A DNA stretch of 64,000 nt from Gammaproteobacteria bacterium (lineage in GTDB: Bacteria > Pseudomonadota > Gammaproteobacteria > Ga0077536): NCBI GenBank assembly GCA_963662545.2, contig CAXXLL010000003.1:416001-480000 (forward strand), in the 5' to 3' direction. The translations under genes were made by a program, and so were the position numbers. The notes under the pieces are model-generated. The model was given only the letters and a program-made list of their open reading frames with translations, had not been told where the DNA came from and did not search any database. Below, in pieces: positions 37,433 through 46,052 of this stretch; position 1 is the first letter of the stretch; every line of letters begins with the position of its first letter.

Positions 37433-38746
37433 TTGACGGACGTCTCCCTGATTACCCTGGTCGCGACATTGATCGGACTCATCGTCGCGTCGGCGTATTT
37501 TTCGAGTTCCGAGACCGCCATGATGGCGCTCAACCGCTATCGTCTCCGGCACTTGGCCGAGCAAAAGCATCGCGGTGCGCGACGCGCTCACGATTTGCTG
37601 CGCAGGCCCGATCGGTTGATCGGCCTCATTCTGCTTGGCAACAATTTCGTCAATATCCTCGCCGCACAAATCGTCACCGTGCTGACCTTACGCTTTGTCG
37701 GTGAAGGCAGCTTAATCGTATCGGGCCTGATTCTAACCGTGGTCATTCTCGTCTTCGCCGAAGTCGTGCCGAAAACCCTGGCCGCAGTCTATCCCGAACG
37801 CATCGCGTTTCCATCGTCCTATCTATTGAGAATACTGCTGATCGTTTTCTATCCGCTGGTGTGGGTGCTCAATCGCCTTTCGAACAGTATCCTGGCTTTG
37901 TTCGGCGTCAAACATCTCGAACGTTCCGAGGACCCCCTAAGCCGCGAGGAATTGCGCACCGTGGTAAAGGAGGCGGGCGCGATGATCCCGCAGAAGCACC
38001 GCCAGATGCTGTTCGGCATTCTCGATCTGGAAAACGCCACCGTTGAAGACATCATGGTGCCGCGTAATGAGATCTACGGCATCGATGTTGAAGACGAATG
38101 GGCCGACGTGCTCGACCAATTGATGTCCTGCCGCCACACCCGCGTACCGTGTTATGCGGGCAGTCTCGACCAGGTAGAGGGAATGCTGCATCTGCGCAAG
38201 GTGGCGAAGCTGGTATGTTCAGGGGACGAATTCGGGATCGAGAATATGCGCAAGCTATTGACTGAACCCTATTTCGTACCGCTCATGACCGACCTCTATG
38301 TGCAGCTGCTCAATTTTCAAAAACGCAGAGAGCGTATCGCCTTCGTCGTGAATGAGTATGGCGACATCGAGGGCCTGGTAACGCTAGAAGATCTGCTCGA
38401 AGAAGTGATCGGTGAATTCACCACCCATCCACAGTCCTATGCGCGCGATGTATATCCGCAGGAGGACGGCAGCTTTCTCGTCGACGGCAGTGCCAACATT
38501 CGCGAGATAAACCGCAGCTTTAATTTCGGTTTACCAACCGACGGCCCGAAGACGTTTAATGGGCTCATACTCGAAACCCTGGAAGACATTCCAGTGACGG
38601 GAACGACCTTCAGGCTGGGCAACATGACCATTGAGATTCTGCAGACCCACGAACAAGCGGTTAAGACGGCGCGTATAACCATCATCCCCGATCCCGGTTC
38701 GACCGGCGACGAACAAACCGGTGATGCGTCCGGCCGGCCGAACTGA
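37433..38746 (+). CDS. HlyC/CorC (CNNM-CBS-CorC) family transporter, YfjD-like
   Basis: SAYFSSSETAMM, ILLGNNFVN, FAEVVPK, DIMVPRNEI, LEDLLEEVIGE. Confidence 0.93.
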   Translation: MTDVSLITLVATLIGLIVASAYFSSSETAMMALNRYRLRHLAEQKHRGARRAHDLLRRPDRLIGLILLGNNFVNILAAQIVTVLTLRFVGEGSLIVSGLILTVVILVFAEVVPKTLAAVYPERIAFPSSYLLRILLIVFYPLVWVLNRLSNSILALFGVKHLERSEDPLSREELRTVVKEAGAMIPQKHRQMLFGILDLENATVEDIMVPRNEIYGIDVEDEWADVLDQLMSCRHTRVPCYAGSLDQVEGMLHLRKVAKLVCSGDEFGIENMRKLLTEPYFVPLMTDLYVQLLNFQKRRERIAFVVNEYGDIEGLVTLEDLLEEVIGEFTTHPQSYARDVYPQEDGSFLVDGSANIREINRSFNFGLPTDGPKTFNGLILETLEDIPVTGTTFRLGNMTIEILQTHEQAVKTARITIIPDPGSTGDEQTGDASGRPN

Positions 38747-38763
38747 TCCCCCCGACGCGCTTT

Positions 38764-40122
38764 TCAAACAACTTGGAGAGCGTCTGCCAGGCGTGAAACC
38801 ACGGTCAGATCCATCCCCATGGGCGGGTGCTTAGGCGCGTTGCCCTGCGGCACCAGGGCACGGCGAAAGCCATGTTTGGCCGCTTCGCGAAGGCGCTCGG
38901 GGCCACCCTGTACCGGACGGATCTCCCCGGCCAGGCCGATTTCTCCGAAGGCGACGAGATCGTTGGCGAGCGGTCGATCCCTGAGACTCGACAACACCGC
39001 GAGCAGGACGGCGAGATCGGCGCCCGTCTCGGTCACCCGCACCCCACCAACGATGTTGGCGAATACGTCGTAGCCCGCGGTAGACACCCCGCCGTGCCGG
39101 TTGAGCACCGCCAGGAGCATGGACAGTCGATTGGGATCCAGACCCACGGTCACACGGCGCGGATTGGTGAGCTGGCTGTCGTCGACCAGGGCTTGCACCT
39201 CGACCAACAGCGGGCGCGTGCCTTCGCGGGTAACCATGGTGACGCTGCCGGGTACCGGGGTCTCATGGCGCGACAACAGGATGGCACTGGGATTCGATAT
39301 CTCTTGCAAGCCCGCGTCGGTCATCTGGAACACGCCCAGTTCGTTGATCGCACCGAAACGGTTCTTCATGGCGCGGATCATGCGGTGGCGTCCGCCCGAA
39401 TCGCCTTCGAAGTACAAGGTCGCGTCGACCATGTGTTCGAGCACGCGCGGACCGGCGATGGATCCATCCTTGGTCACGTGCCCGACGAGATAAAGGGCCG
39501 TTCCCGTACTTTTGGCGAAGCTGACCAGGCGGCTCGCACACTCGCGTACCTGGGCGACGCTGCCGGGCGGCGATTGCAACTCGTCGCAATATACCGATTG
39601 AATCGAATCGATCACGACCAGCGCCGGCCGCTCCCTCGCCGTCTCGGCGAGGATGCGATCCACGTCGGTTTCGGCCAGTACTTTTAGATCCGCCAACGGC
39701 AGTTTCAGTCGTTCCGCCCGTAGCGCGATTTGCGCAGTCGACTCTTCGCCGCTGACGAATAGCGAATCGACGCCGTTGATCAATTTCGATGACGCCAGGC
39801 TCTGCAACAAGAGCGTGGTCTTGCCAATTCCGGGATCACCGCCGAGCAGCACCACGGAACCCGCGACGAGACCGCCGCCCAAAACGCGATCGAGTTCACC
39901 GATGCCGGTCGCAAGCCTCGGCTGTTCCTCGGGGGCGACCTCCGCCAGGGTGTGGACCGTCGGAGCGGCGCCCGCTGACGGTGTGAAGCGGGCGCGTCGC
40001 CCGCCGCCGGTGACGATGGTCTCTACAATCGTATTCCACTCGCTGCATTCTGCGCATTGTCCCGACCATTTGCTGAACACGGCGCCGCAGTTCTGGCACT
40101 GAAATTGCTTTTTCTGCTTCAA
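38764..40122 (-). CDS. radA: DNA repair protein RadA/Sms
   Basis: CQNCG..WSGQCAEC Zn finger, GDPGIGKTT, KNRFG, EVQALV. Confidence 0.97.
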   Translation of the reverse strand: MKQKKQFQCQNCGAVFSKWSGQCAECSEWNTIVETIVTGGGRRARFTPSAGAAPTVHTLAEVAPEEQPRLATGIGELDRVLGGGLVAGSVVLLGGDPGIGKTTLLLQSLASSKLINGVDSLFVSGEESTAQIALRAERLKLPLADLKVLAETDVDRILAETARERPALVVIDSIQSVYCDELQSPPGSVAQVRECASRLVSFAKSTGTALYLVGHVTKDGSIAGPRVLEHMVDATLYFEGDSGGRHRMIRAMKNRFGAINELGVFQMTDAGLQEISNPSAILLSRHETPVPGSVTMVTREGTRPLLVEVQALVDDSQLTNPRRVTVGLDPNRLSMLLAVLNRHGGVSTAGYDVFANIVGGVRVTETGADLAVLLAVLSSLRDRPLANDLVAFGEIGLAGEIRPVQGGPERLREAAKHGFRRALVPQGNAPKHPPMGMDLTVVSRLADALQVV

Positions 40123-41186
40123 GGCGTCCCTTCCTCGTAGTACGCGCGCATTTTGACGCGGCATAAGAGTTCGTAGGGGATCGTTCCCGATGCGCGCGCC
40201 ACATCCTCGATCGGCAGGCCCACGCCCCAGAGTGTCACGATATCACCAAACTTCGCCTGCTCTATGCGGCGCAGATCGACCGTCATCATGTCCATCGAAG
40301 CTTGCCCTATGATCTGCGTGCGCACGCCGTTGACCAGGACCGGGGTGCCCGTTTTTGCATTTCGCGGATAGCCGTCGCCGTATCCGCAAGCAACGACGCC
40401 GACCGGCATGTCCTCGGGGCACACGAAGCTACCGCCGTAGCCGACTGCCTCCCCGGCGCGGACGGTCCGCACCGAGATGAGACACGAGCGCAAGCTCATC
40501 ACGGGCCTGAGCCCGAGCGCCGCGCCGGTTTCGCCCTTAAACGGCGATACCCCGTAGAGCATCAATCCGGGACGTATCCAATCGCCGTGCGACTCCGGGC
40601 GGCTCATGATCGCCGCCGAGTTTGCGAGGCTGCGCTCCCCCGGCCGGTCTGCCAGGATCCGCTTGAAACAAGCGATCTGATCGTCAACGCTGGCATCACC
40701 GCGCACGTGCGCACTCGCTAAGTGGGTCATGAACCGCAGGGGATTCGCCACACCGCGCGCGAGCCCCACGGTCTCATGCAATCCTTCCGGCGCGAAACCA
40801 AGCCGGTGCATGCCGGTGTCGATCTTGAGCCACAGGGGCAAGGGACGCGAAAGCGTCTCAAGCATGTGCAACTGCTCGACCGTGTGGACCACCACCTCGA
40901 GCCCGAGTTCGACGATCGTCGGGACTTCAGCCGCTTCGAAAGGACCTTCCAGGAGCACGATCGGTTTGGTGATCTCCGCGTCCTTGAGGCTGACCGCTTC
41001 CTCGAGCGACGCCACGGCAAAGGCGTCGGCGTCGTCAAGCGCGCGCGCCATGCGGCAGATACCGTGACCGTAAGCATCCGCCTTGAGCACCGCCATCACA
41101 CGGCACGACGGCGCGGCACGGCGCGCAAGGGAAAGGTTATGGGCTGCGGCTCGCGGGTCGATGATCACCCGCGCAGGTCGCGTCAT
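40119..41186 (-). CDS. alr: Alanine racemase
   Basis: AVLKADAYGHG, KIDTGMHRLG, RPGLMLYG, GYGDGY. Confidence 0.97.
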   Translation of the reverse strand: MTRPARVIIDPRAAAHNLSLARRAAPSCRVMAVLKADAYGHGICRMARALDDADAFAVASLEEAVSLKDAEITKPIVLLEGPFEAAEVPTIVELGLEVVVHTVEQLHMLETLSRPLPLWLKIDTGMHRLGFAPEGLHETVGLARGVANPLRFMTHLASAHVRGDASVDDQIACFKRILADRPGERSLANSAAIMSRPESHGDWIRPGLMLYGVSPFKGETGAALGLRPVMSLRSCLISVRTVRAGEAVGYGGSFVCPEDMPVGVVACGYGDGYPRNAKTGTPVLVNGVRTQIIGQASMDMMTVDLRRIEQAKFGDIVTLWGVGLPIEDVARASGTIPYELLCRVKMRAYYEEGTP

Positions 41187-42589
41187 TCGGTGCCCTCGTT
41201 CGAGGCGTAGTAATCGTGCGCCAGATTTTCGAACGTGGTGTATTCGCCGAAGAAGCGCAGCTTGCGCATGCCGACGGGGCCGTTACGCTGCTTTCCGATA
41301 TTAATCTCGGCGATGCCCTTGTCCATGCTGTCTTCGTTGTACACCTCGTCACGATAGATGAACATGATGACGTCGGCGTCTTGCTCGATAGCACCGGACT
41401 CGCGGAGATCGAACATCTGTGGCCGCTTGTCCGTGCGTGACTCGAGGCTGCGGTTCAACTGGGACAAGGCGAGCACCGGGCATTGGAGTTCCTTGGCCAG
41501 GGCCTTGAGCGAACGCGAAATCTCCGAGATCTCGGTCGCGCGGTTTTCCTTCGTGCCCGGCACGTGCATGAGCTGCAGGTAATCCACCACAACCAGTCCG
41601 AGACCATGCTCGCGAGACAGGCGGCGACAGCGCGCGCGCAGATCACCGGGGGTGAGCGCGGGTGTATCGTCGATAAACATCTTCACTTCGGACAACATGC
41701 CGACCGCCGCCGTCAGCCGCGGCCAGTCGTCGTCGCTGAGCCGCCCGGTCCGGACCTTGTGCTGGTCGATGCGTCCGAGCGAAGACATCATGCGCATGGC
41801 GAGTTGATCGCTCGCCATTTCCATGCTGAATATGGCGACGGTCAGCTCCTCCTTGATAGCGGCGTGCTGCGCGATATTCACCGCCAATGCGGTTTTTCCC
41901 ATCGACGGCCGCCCGGCGATGATGATGAGATCCGATTTCTGCAGGCCGGAGGTCATGTTGTCCAGCTCGTAATAGCCGGTCGCGACCCCGGTCAGCGGAT
42001 TGTCGCGATGAAACAATTGATCGATGCGATCGAGGGCGTCGACCAGCAATTCCTTGATCGGGCGGAAACCACGCCGCCCACGCGCCTCGCGCTCGGCGAT
42101 TTCGAAAACCAGGCCCTCAGCGTCGTCGAGCAACTCGTCCGGGCTGCGACCCTCGGTACGGAAAGCGCTGTCGGTGATCTGCGTTCCCGCGCTGATCAGC
42201 TCACGCAGTATCGAGCGCTGGCGCACAATATCGGCGTAAGCGGCTATATTCGCGGCGCTCGGGGTATTTTCGGCAAGTTGCGCGAGGTAACTCATGCCGC
42301 CGACGTCGTCGAGCTGCTCGTTGCTGTCCAGCCATTCGGACAGGGTTACGACGTCGAACGGCTTGTTGTCGTTCGCGAGTAACTCGAGTGCGCGGTAGAT
42401 CGCGCCGTGGTCCCGCCGGTAGAAATCGTCGGTAGTGATGCGCTCGGTGACGTCGGTCCAGGCGTCGTTATCCAGCATCAGGCCGCCGAGTACGGACTGC
42501 TCCGCCTCGACGGAATGGGGCGGAACCTTGAGCGCCTCCGTCGCGACGTCTGCCGCGGGTCGCGCTGTGGCTGCGCGCTCTATGGCCAC
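41183..42589 (-). CDS. dnaB: Replicative DNA helicase
   Basis: PPHSVEAEQSVLG, GRPSMGKT, DYLQLM, SQLNR, LRESGAIEQDAD; no intein. Confidence 0.98.
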   Translation of the reverse strand: MAIERAATARPAADVATEALKVPPHSVEAEQSVLGGLMLDNDAWTDVTERITTDDFYRRDHGAIYRALELLANDNKPFDVVTLSEWLDSNEQLDDVGGMSYLAQLAENTPSAANIAAYADIVRQRSILRELISAGTQITDSAFRTEGRSPDELLDDAEGLVFEIAEREARGRRGFRPIKELLVDALDRIDQLFHRDNPLTGVATGYYELDNMTSGLQKSDLIIIAGRPSMGKTALAVNIAQHAAIKEELTVAIFSMEMASDQLAMRMMSSLGRIDQHKVRTGRLSDDDWPRLTAAVGMLSEVKMFIDDTPALTPGDLRARCRRLSREHGLGLVVVDYLQLMHVPGTKENRATEISEISRSLKALAKELQCPVLALSQLNRSLESRTDKRPQMFDLRESGAIEQDADVIMFIYRDEVYNEDSMDKGIAEINIGKQRNGPVGMRKLRFFGEYTTFENLAHDYYASNEGTE

Positions 42590-42650
42590 TCGATCGGCTC
42601 AGCGTGCGCCGACAAGTGCTCCGGAACGGCGCCGAGGGTGACCGCCGCCA

Positions 42651-43115
42651 TCACGCTGCGGATCCGCCTTCGTCCGGAATGACTTTGACCTTGATGGTGA
42701 TCGTGATGTCGGCGTTGAGATGCACCTCGATATCGTAATCGCCGATCTCCCGCAAAGGCCCTTCCGGCAGACGAATTTCACGCTTCTCGACTTCCGCGCC
42801 AGATGCATTCGCCGCATCGGCAATGTCCGCGGTGCCGACCGAACCGAACAGCTTGCCCTCCGAGCCGGCGTTCGCCGTGATGGTAATTTCCATGTCGCGC
42901 AGTTTCTCCGCGCGGGCATCGGCACGGGAGTAGGCATCGGCTTGGACACTTTCGAGTTCGGCGCGCTGTTCTTCGAATCGCGCGAGATTCTCAGCCGTCG
43001 CCGGCACCGCTTTGTGTTTAGGAATGAGAAAATTGCGCCCGTATCCGGGCCGCACGGTGACCTTGTCACCAAGCTCGCCCAGCTTTTGAATTTTCTCGAG
43101 TAGGATCACTTCCAT
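42651..43115 (-). CDS. rplI: 50S ribosomal protein L9
   Basis: MEVILLE..LGELGD.V.VRPGYGRNFLIP, GKLFGSV. Confidence 0.98.
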   Translation of the reverse strand: MEVILLEKIQKLGELGDKVTVRPGYGRNFLIPKHKAVPATAENLARFEEQRAELESVQADAYSRADARAEKLRDMEITITANAGSEGKLFGSVGTADIADAANASGAEVEKREIRLPEGPLREIGDYDIEVHLNADITITIKVKVIPDEGGSAA

Positions 43116-43168
43116 CGGATGGTCCTCAAGCTTCGTAGATCGCTAGAAAATAATTACCAACACCACTT

Positions 43169-44080
43169 CTAATCGCCGTCTGGCAACCGGCCGAGGCCAC
43201 GAAAATCGGCCATGCTATCAGCCACCCCGGCCGTCGCTAGCAAAGGTCCGACAATCTGGGGCAACAGCAGCAACAGCACATACATACCGCCGAGCCACCC
43301 GCCGGCCATTGACGCCAGCCGCGCTCTGTAGTGAATAACCGCCAGTCCCTGGAAGGTGAACAATACCACCAGAATCACGAAGACGTCACCGGCGATCGCG
43401 AGCCCAAAACCCAAGGCCTGATCGGCCGCGAACAAGGCCCCGGCAATGGCCGCAGCCATCGTGGCAAGCCGCGGCAGCCTGAGCTCCCGAAACTCGGTGC
43501 CGAACCCACCCGGATTGAACAAGACGGACTGCCACCAGCGCCCTAGCATCACCATGCCGACCAGCATCGCGTTGATCGCCACCAGCGTCCAGGTATGCAA
43601 ATGCCGGGCAATGAAGGCGATTTGCTCGGGCGCGAAGTGCCGGCCCGTGTCGCGTACAAGCACTTCCAGCACGATTTCGAGCCGCAACATCCAGAATTCT
43701 TCCAGGTCTCCGATGACCAGCCTCATGGCAAACGCATAGGCCGCGACGAGGACAGCGGCGATCAGCAACGGTAAAGCCTGTTGCCGCCGCTCTCCCAGTA
43801 CCACGGCCATCATCCACGATGGCAACCAGGCGACCAGGCACAGGATCAATATCGACATGCCCTGCTGGATCAGCGCATAACGTACGGCGAAGGCGAGCGA
43901 CGCCGCGATCGCGATGACGCGCAGCCCTTCGCGCGCGCCGCGCCGCAGAGTCGTCAACGCGATGATCCCGCCGCTGAGAATCAAAAGTATGCCGACGGAC
44001 AGCGAACCGAGCAGCAATGCCGCGGCCGTCGCGGCCGCGAAGAACGGACCCCGCATCGCGAACCGCGCGAGGAAACGCAC
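43169..44080 (-). CDS. DUF2232/YybS-like membrane protein
   Basis: Multi-TM protein between rpsR and rplI; RWWQSVLFNPGGFGTEFRELRL, QGLAVIH. Confidence 0.85.
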   Translation of the reverse strand: MRFLARFAMRGPFFAAATAAALLLGSLSVGILLILSGGIIALTTLRRGAREGLRVIAIAASLAFAVRYALIQQGMSILILCLVAWLPSWMMAVVLGERRQQALPLLIAAVLVAAYAFAMRLVIGDLEEFWMLRLEIVLEVLVRDTGRHFAPEQIAFIARHLHTWTLVAINAMLVGMVMLGRWWQSVLFNPGGFGTEFRELRLPRLATMAAAIAGALFAADQALGFGLAIAGDVFVILVVLFTFQGLAVIHYRARLASMAGGWLGGMYVLLLLLPQIVGPLLATAGVADSMADFRGLGRLPDGD

Positions 44081-44091
44081 GGTCAGGTACC

Positions 44092-44255
44092 TAGCAGCCT
44101 GTCGGACTTAGGGAATCGTCGCAAGGCGGTTGGGAGAGCGAGTCCAAATGTGTCATGGTTTGAGGCGAATAGTGGGGCTATTTAACGAAAACCATGGCGC
44201 ATCCGGACCGCTATCCCAACGCCGCAGTAGATTCCCTAAGTCCGACAGGCTGCTA
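44092..44255. mobile_element. 164-bp MITE-like element inside the rpsF operon
   Basis: Perfect 26-bp terminal IR tagcagcctgtcggacttagggaatc (44092-44117) / gattccctaagtccgacaggctgcta (44230-44255); central hairpin aatagtggggctatt. Confidence 0.85.
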
Positions 44256-44260
44256 ATGCT

Positions 44261-44485
44261 CTAGTGAGCGTCGCAGTAAGGCAGCAGTGCGAGAAATCTC
44301 GCCCGCTTCACCGCGGTCGCCAACTGGCGCTGGTATCGCACCTTGGTCCCGGAAATGCGGCTGGGCACGATCTTGCCGTTCTCGGTGATGTACGCCTTGA
44401 GCGTCGCAAGATCCTTGTAATCGATCTCGACGACCCCTTCGGCGGTGAACTTGCAATAGCGTCTCCGCCTGAAAAACTTTGCCAT
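44261..44485 (-). CDS. rpsR: 30S ribosomal protein S18
   Basis: [37 protein letters not shown]. Confidence 0.98.
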   Translation of the reverse strand: MAKFFRRRRYCKFTAEGVVEIDYKDLATLKAYITENGKIVPSRISGTKVRYQRQLATAVKRARFLALLPYCDAH

Positions 44486-44506
44486 CGTTCAATTCTCCTT
44501 GACGCG

Positions 44507-45125
44507 TCACTGGCCTTCCAGCTTCGTGGACGGATTCTGCGGATTCTGCGGTGCGGATTCTGCGGTGCGGATTCTGCGTGGATTCTGCGGATTCTGCGGA
44601 TTCCGTGGATTCCGTGGATTCCGTGGATTCTGCGGTTTCTGCGGTCTCCGTGGATTCTGCGGACTCGGTCTCCGCGTCCCCGGCTTCAACCTGTTCGCTG
44701 CCTTTATCGTCGGCCTTGTCGGCGGAACTCTGGTCTGTTTCGGCCGCACGGCGAGCTTCATCGCGGGATCGGCGGCCGCGGTCGTCCTCGCGCTCCGATC
44801 GTTCGTCCTTCGCCTGCGCGATCGGCGAGGGTTCGACTATCGGGCCGTCGCGTGAAATCACGAGGTTGCGCAGGACCGCATCATTGAAACGAAACGCGCT
44901 GGTCAATTCATTCAGCGCATCGGCATCACACTCGATGTTCATCATCACGTAATGCGCCTTGTGAATCTTGTTAATGGGATACGCCAACTGACGGCGCCCC
45001 CAGTCTTCGAGACGATGGATCTGGCCGCCATTGCCCTCGAGCATCGAGCGGTAGCGCTCGATCATGGCATTGACCTGTTCGCTCTGATCAGGATGGACCA
45101 GAAACACGACTTCGTAATGTCTCAC
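44507..45125 (-). CDS. rpsF: 30S ribosomal protein S6 with long acidic repeat tail; frame disturbed within the repeat
   Basis: [39 protein letters not shown]. The probable natural end is STKLEGQ* at 44507. Confidence 0.92.
44532..44669. repeat. 9-bp coding tandem repeat (ggattctgc / ggattccgt; Ala/Thr-Glu-Ser)
   Basis: About 13 units visible, interrupted by out-of-phase bits ggtgc, ggtgc and gt. Confidence 0.92.
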
Positions 45126-45130
45126 ATGTA

Positions 45131-45175
45131 CTCCTTACGGATTGAAGCTTCCCCTCTATCGGGTGAAGCAAGGAG
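45131..45175 (-). promoter_or_regulatory. S6:S18 autoregulatory leader of rpsF
   Basis: Minus strand CTCCTTGCTTC...GGAAGCTTCAATCCGTAAGGAG: anti-SD/SD pairing with the conserved CCG, as in the gammaproteobacterial rpsF leader. Confidence 0.65.
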
Positions 45176-45308
45176 ATAAATTTTGCTTCTAGCAGACGGC
45201 TAGGGCCGCGTATTGTAGGGAATCGCGGTGGGGTAAGCAAAAACGGCGCGGATCGGCAGGTTCTTAGGGCTCGGAATGACACACAGATGAATTACTGATA
45301 TTTACAGG

Positions 45309-46052
45309 CTAACGCCGTTGGCGGCGCGCCTCGAACAGGCCGATCGCGGCGGCGCTCGCGACGTTGAGGCTTTCGATGCGGCCGAACATCGGGATCCGCA
45401 CGAGCAGGTCGCAGCGCTCCCGCGTAAGCCGCCTGAGACCCGAACCTTCATGACCCACCACCAGCGCCAGCGCCGGCGTGAGATCGGCGTCGTAGAGATC
45501 CCCGGTGCAGTCTTGCACCGCGCCCATGATCCAGACTCCCGCTTGCTGCATCTGTGCAAACGCCGCGACCAGATTGGTCACGGCGACGAGCGAGACGGTA
45601 TCGATGGCGCCGCTCGCCGCCTTGGCGACGACGCTGCTCATGCGCGCACTTTTGTCACGCGTATAGACGACCGCATCGACTCCGGCCCCGTCGGCGACCC
45701 GCAGGCAAGCGCCAAAATTGCGCGGGTCCTGCACGTTGTCGAGCACCAGTATCAAAGGCGCCTTGGCGCCGACTTCAAGCCCGTCCAGAAACGCCTTGAG
45801 GTCCAGCGGACGGGGGGTGCGTCGTCTGAGCACCACGCCCTGGTGATGTCCGTCGCCATACAGCTTATCCAGGGTGCTGTCTTCGACGTGATGGACCGCC
45901 GCGCCGTGCAGCCGCGCCCCGGCCTCGATCACGGCGACGGTAGCGGGGTCGTGGTCGCGCCGGATCCAGAGTTCCAGCGAATCTTCGCCGGCGCACTCGA
46001 GCGCGATACGCGTCGCGTGAATACCGCCCATGATGAGGTCGCGATCCGCCAT
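45309..46052 (-). CDS. rlmB: 23S rRNA (Gm2251) methyltransferase
   Basis: HHQGV, LDNVQDPRNFGACLR, GHEGSGLR, ESLNVA. Confidence 0.95.
   Translation of the reverse strand: MADRDLIMGGIHATRIALECAGEDSLELWIRRDHDPATVAVIEAGARLHGAAVHHVEDSTLDKLYGDGHHQGVVLRRRTPRPLDLKAFLDGLEVGAKAPLILVLDNVQDPRNFGACLRVADGAGVDAVVYTRDKSARMSSVVAKAASGAIDTVSLVAVTNLVAAFAQMQQAGVWIMGAVQDCTGDLYDADLTPALALVVGHEGSGLRRLTRERCDLLVRIPMFGRIESLNVASAAAIGLFEARRQRR

Noticed and set aside
44532-44669. CRISPR array
   Set aside because: Contiguous 9-bp coding units without spacers; no cas genes.
44253-45125. 290-aa S6 ORF overlapping all of rpsR
   Set aside because: Product of out-of-phase bases in the 9-bp repeat; the natural stop is most likely at 44507.
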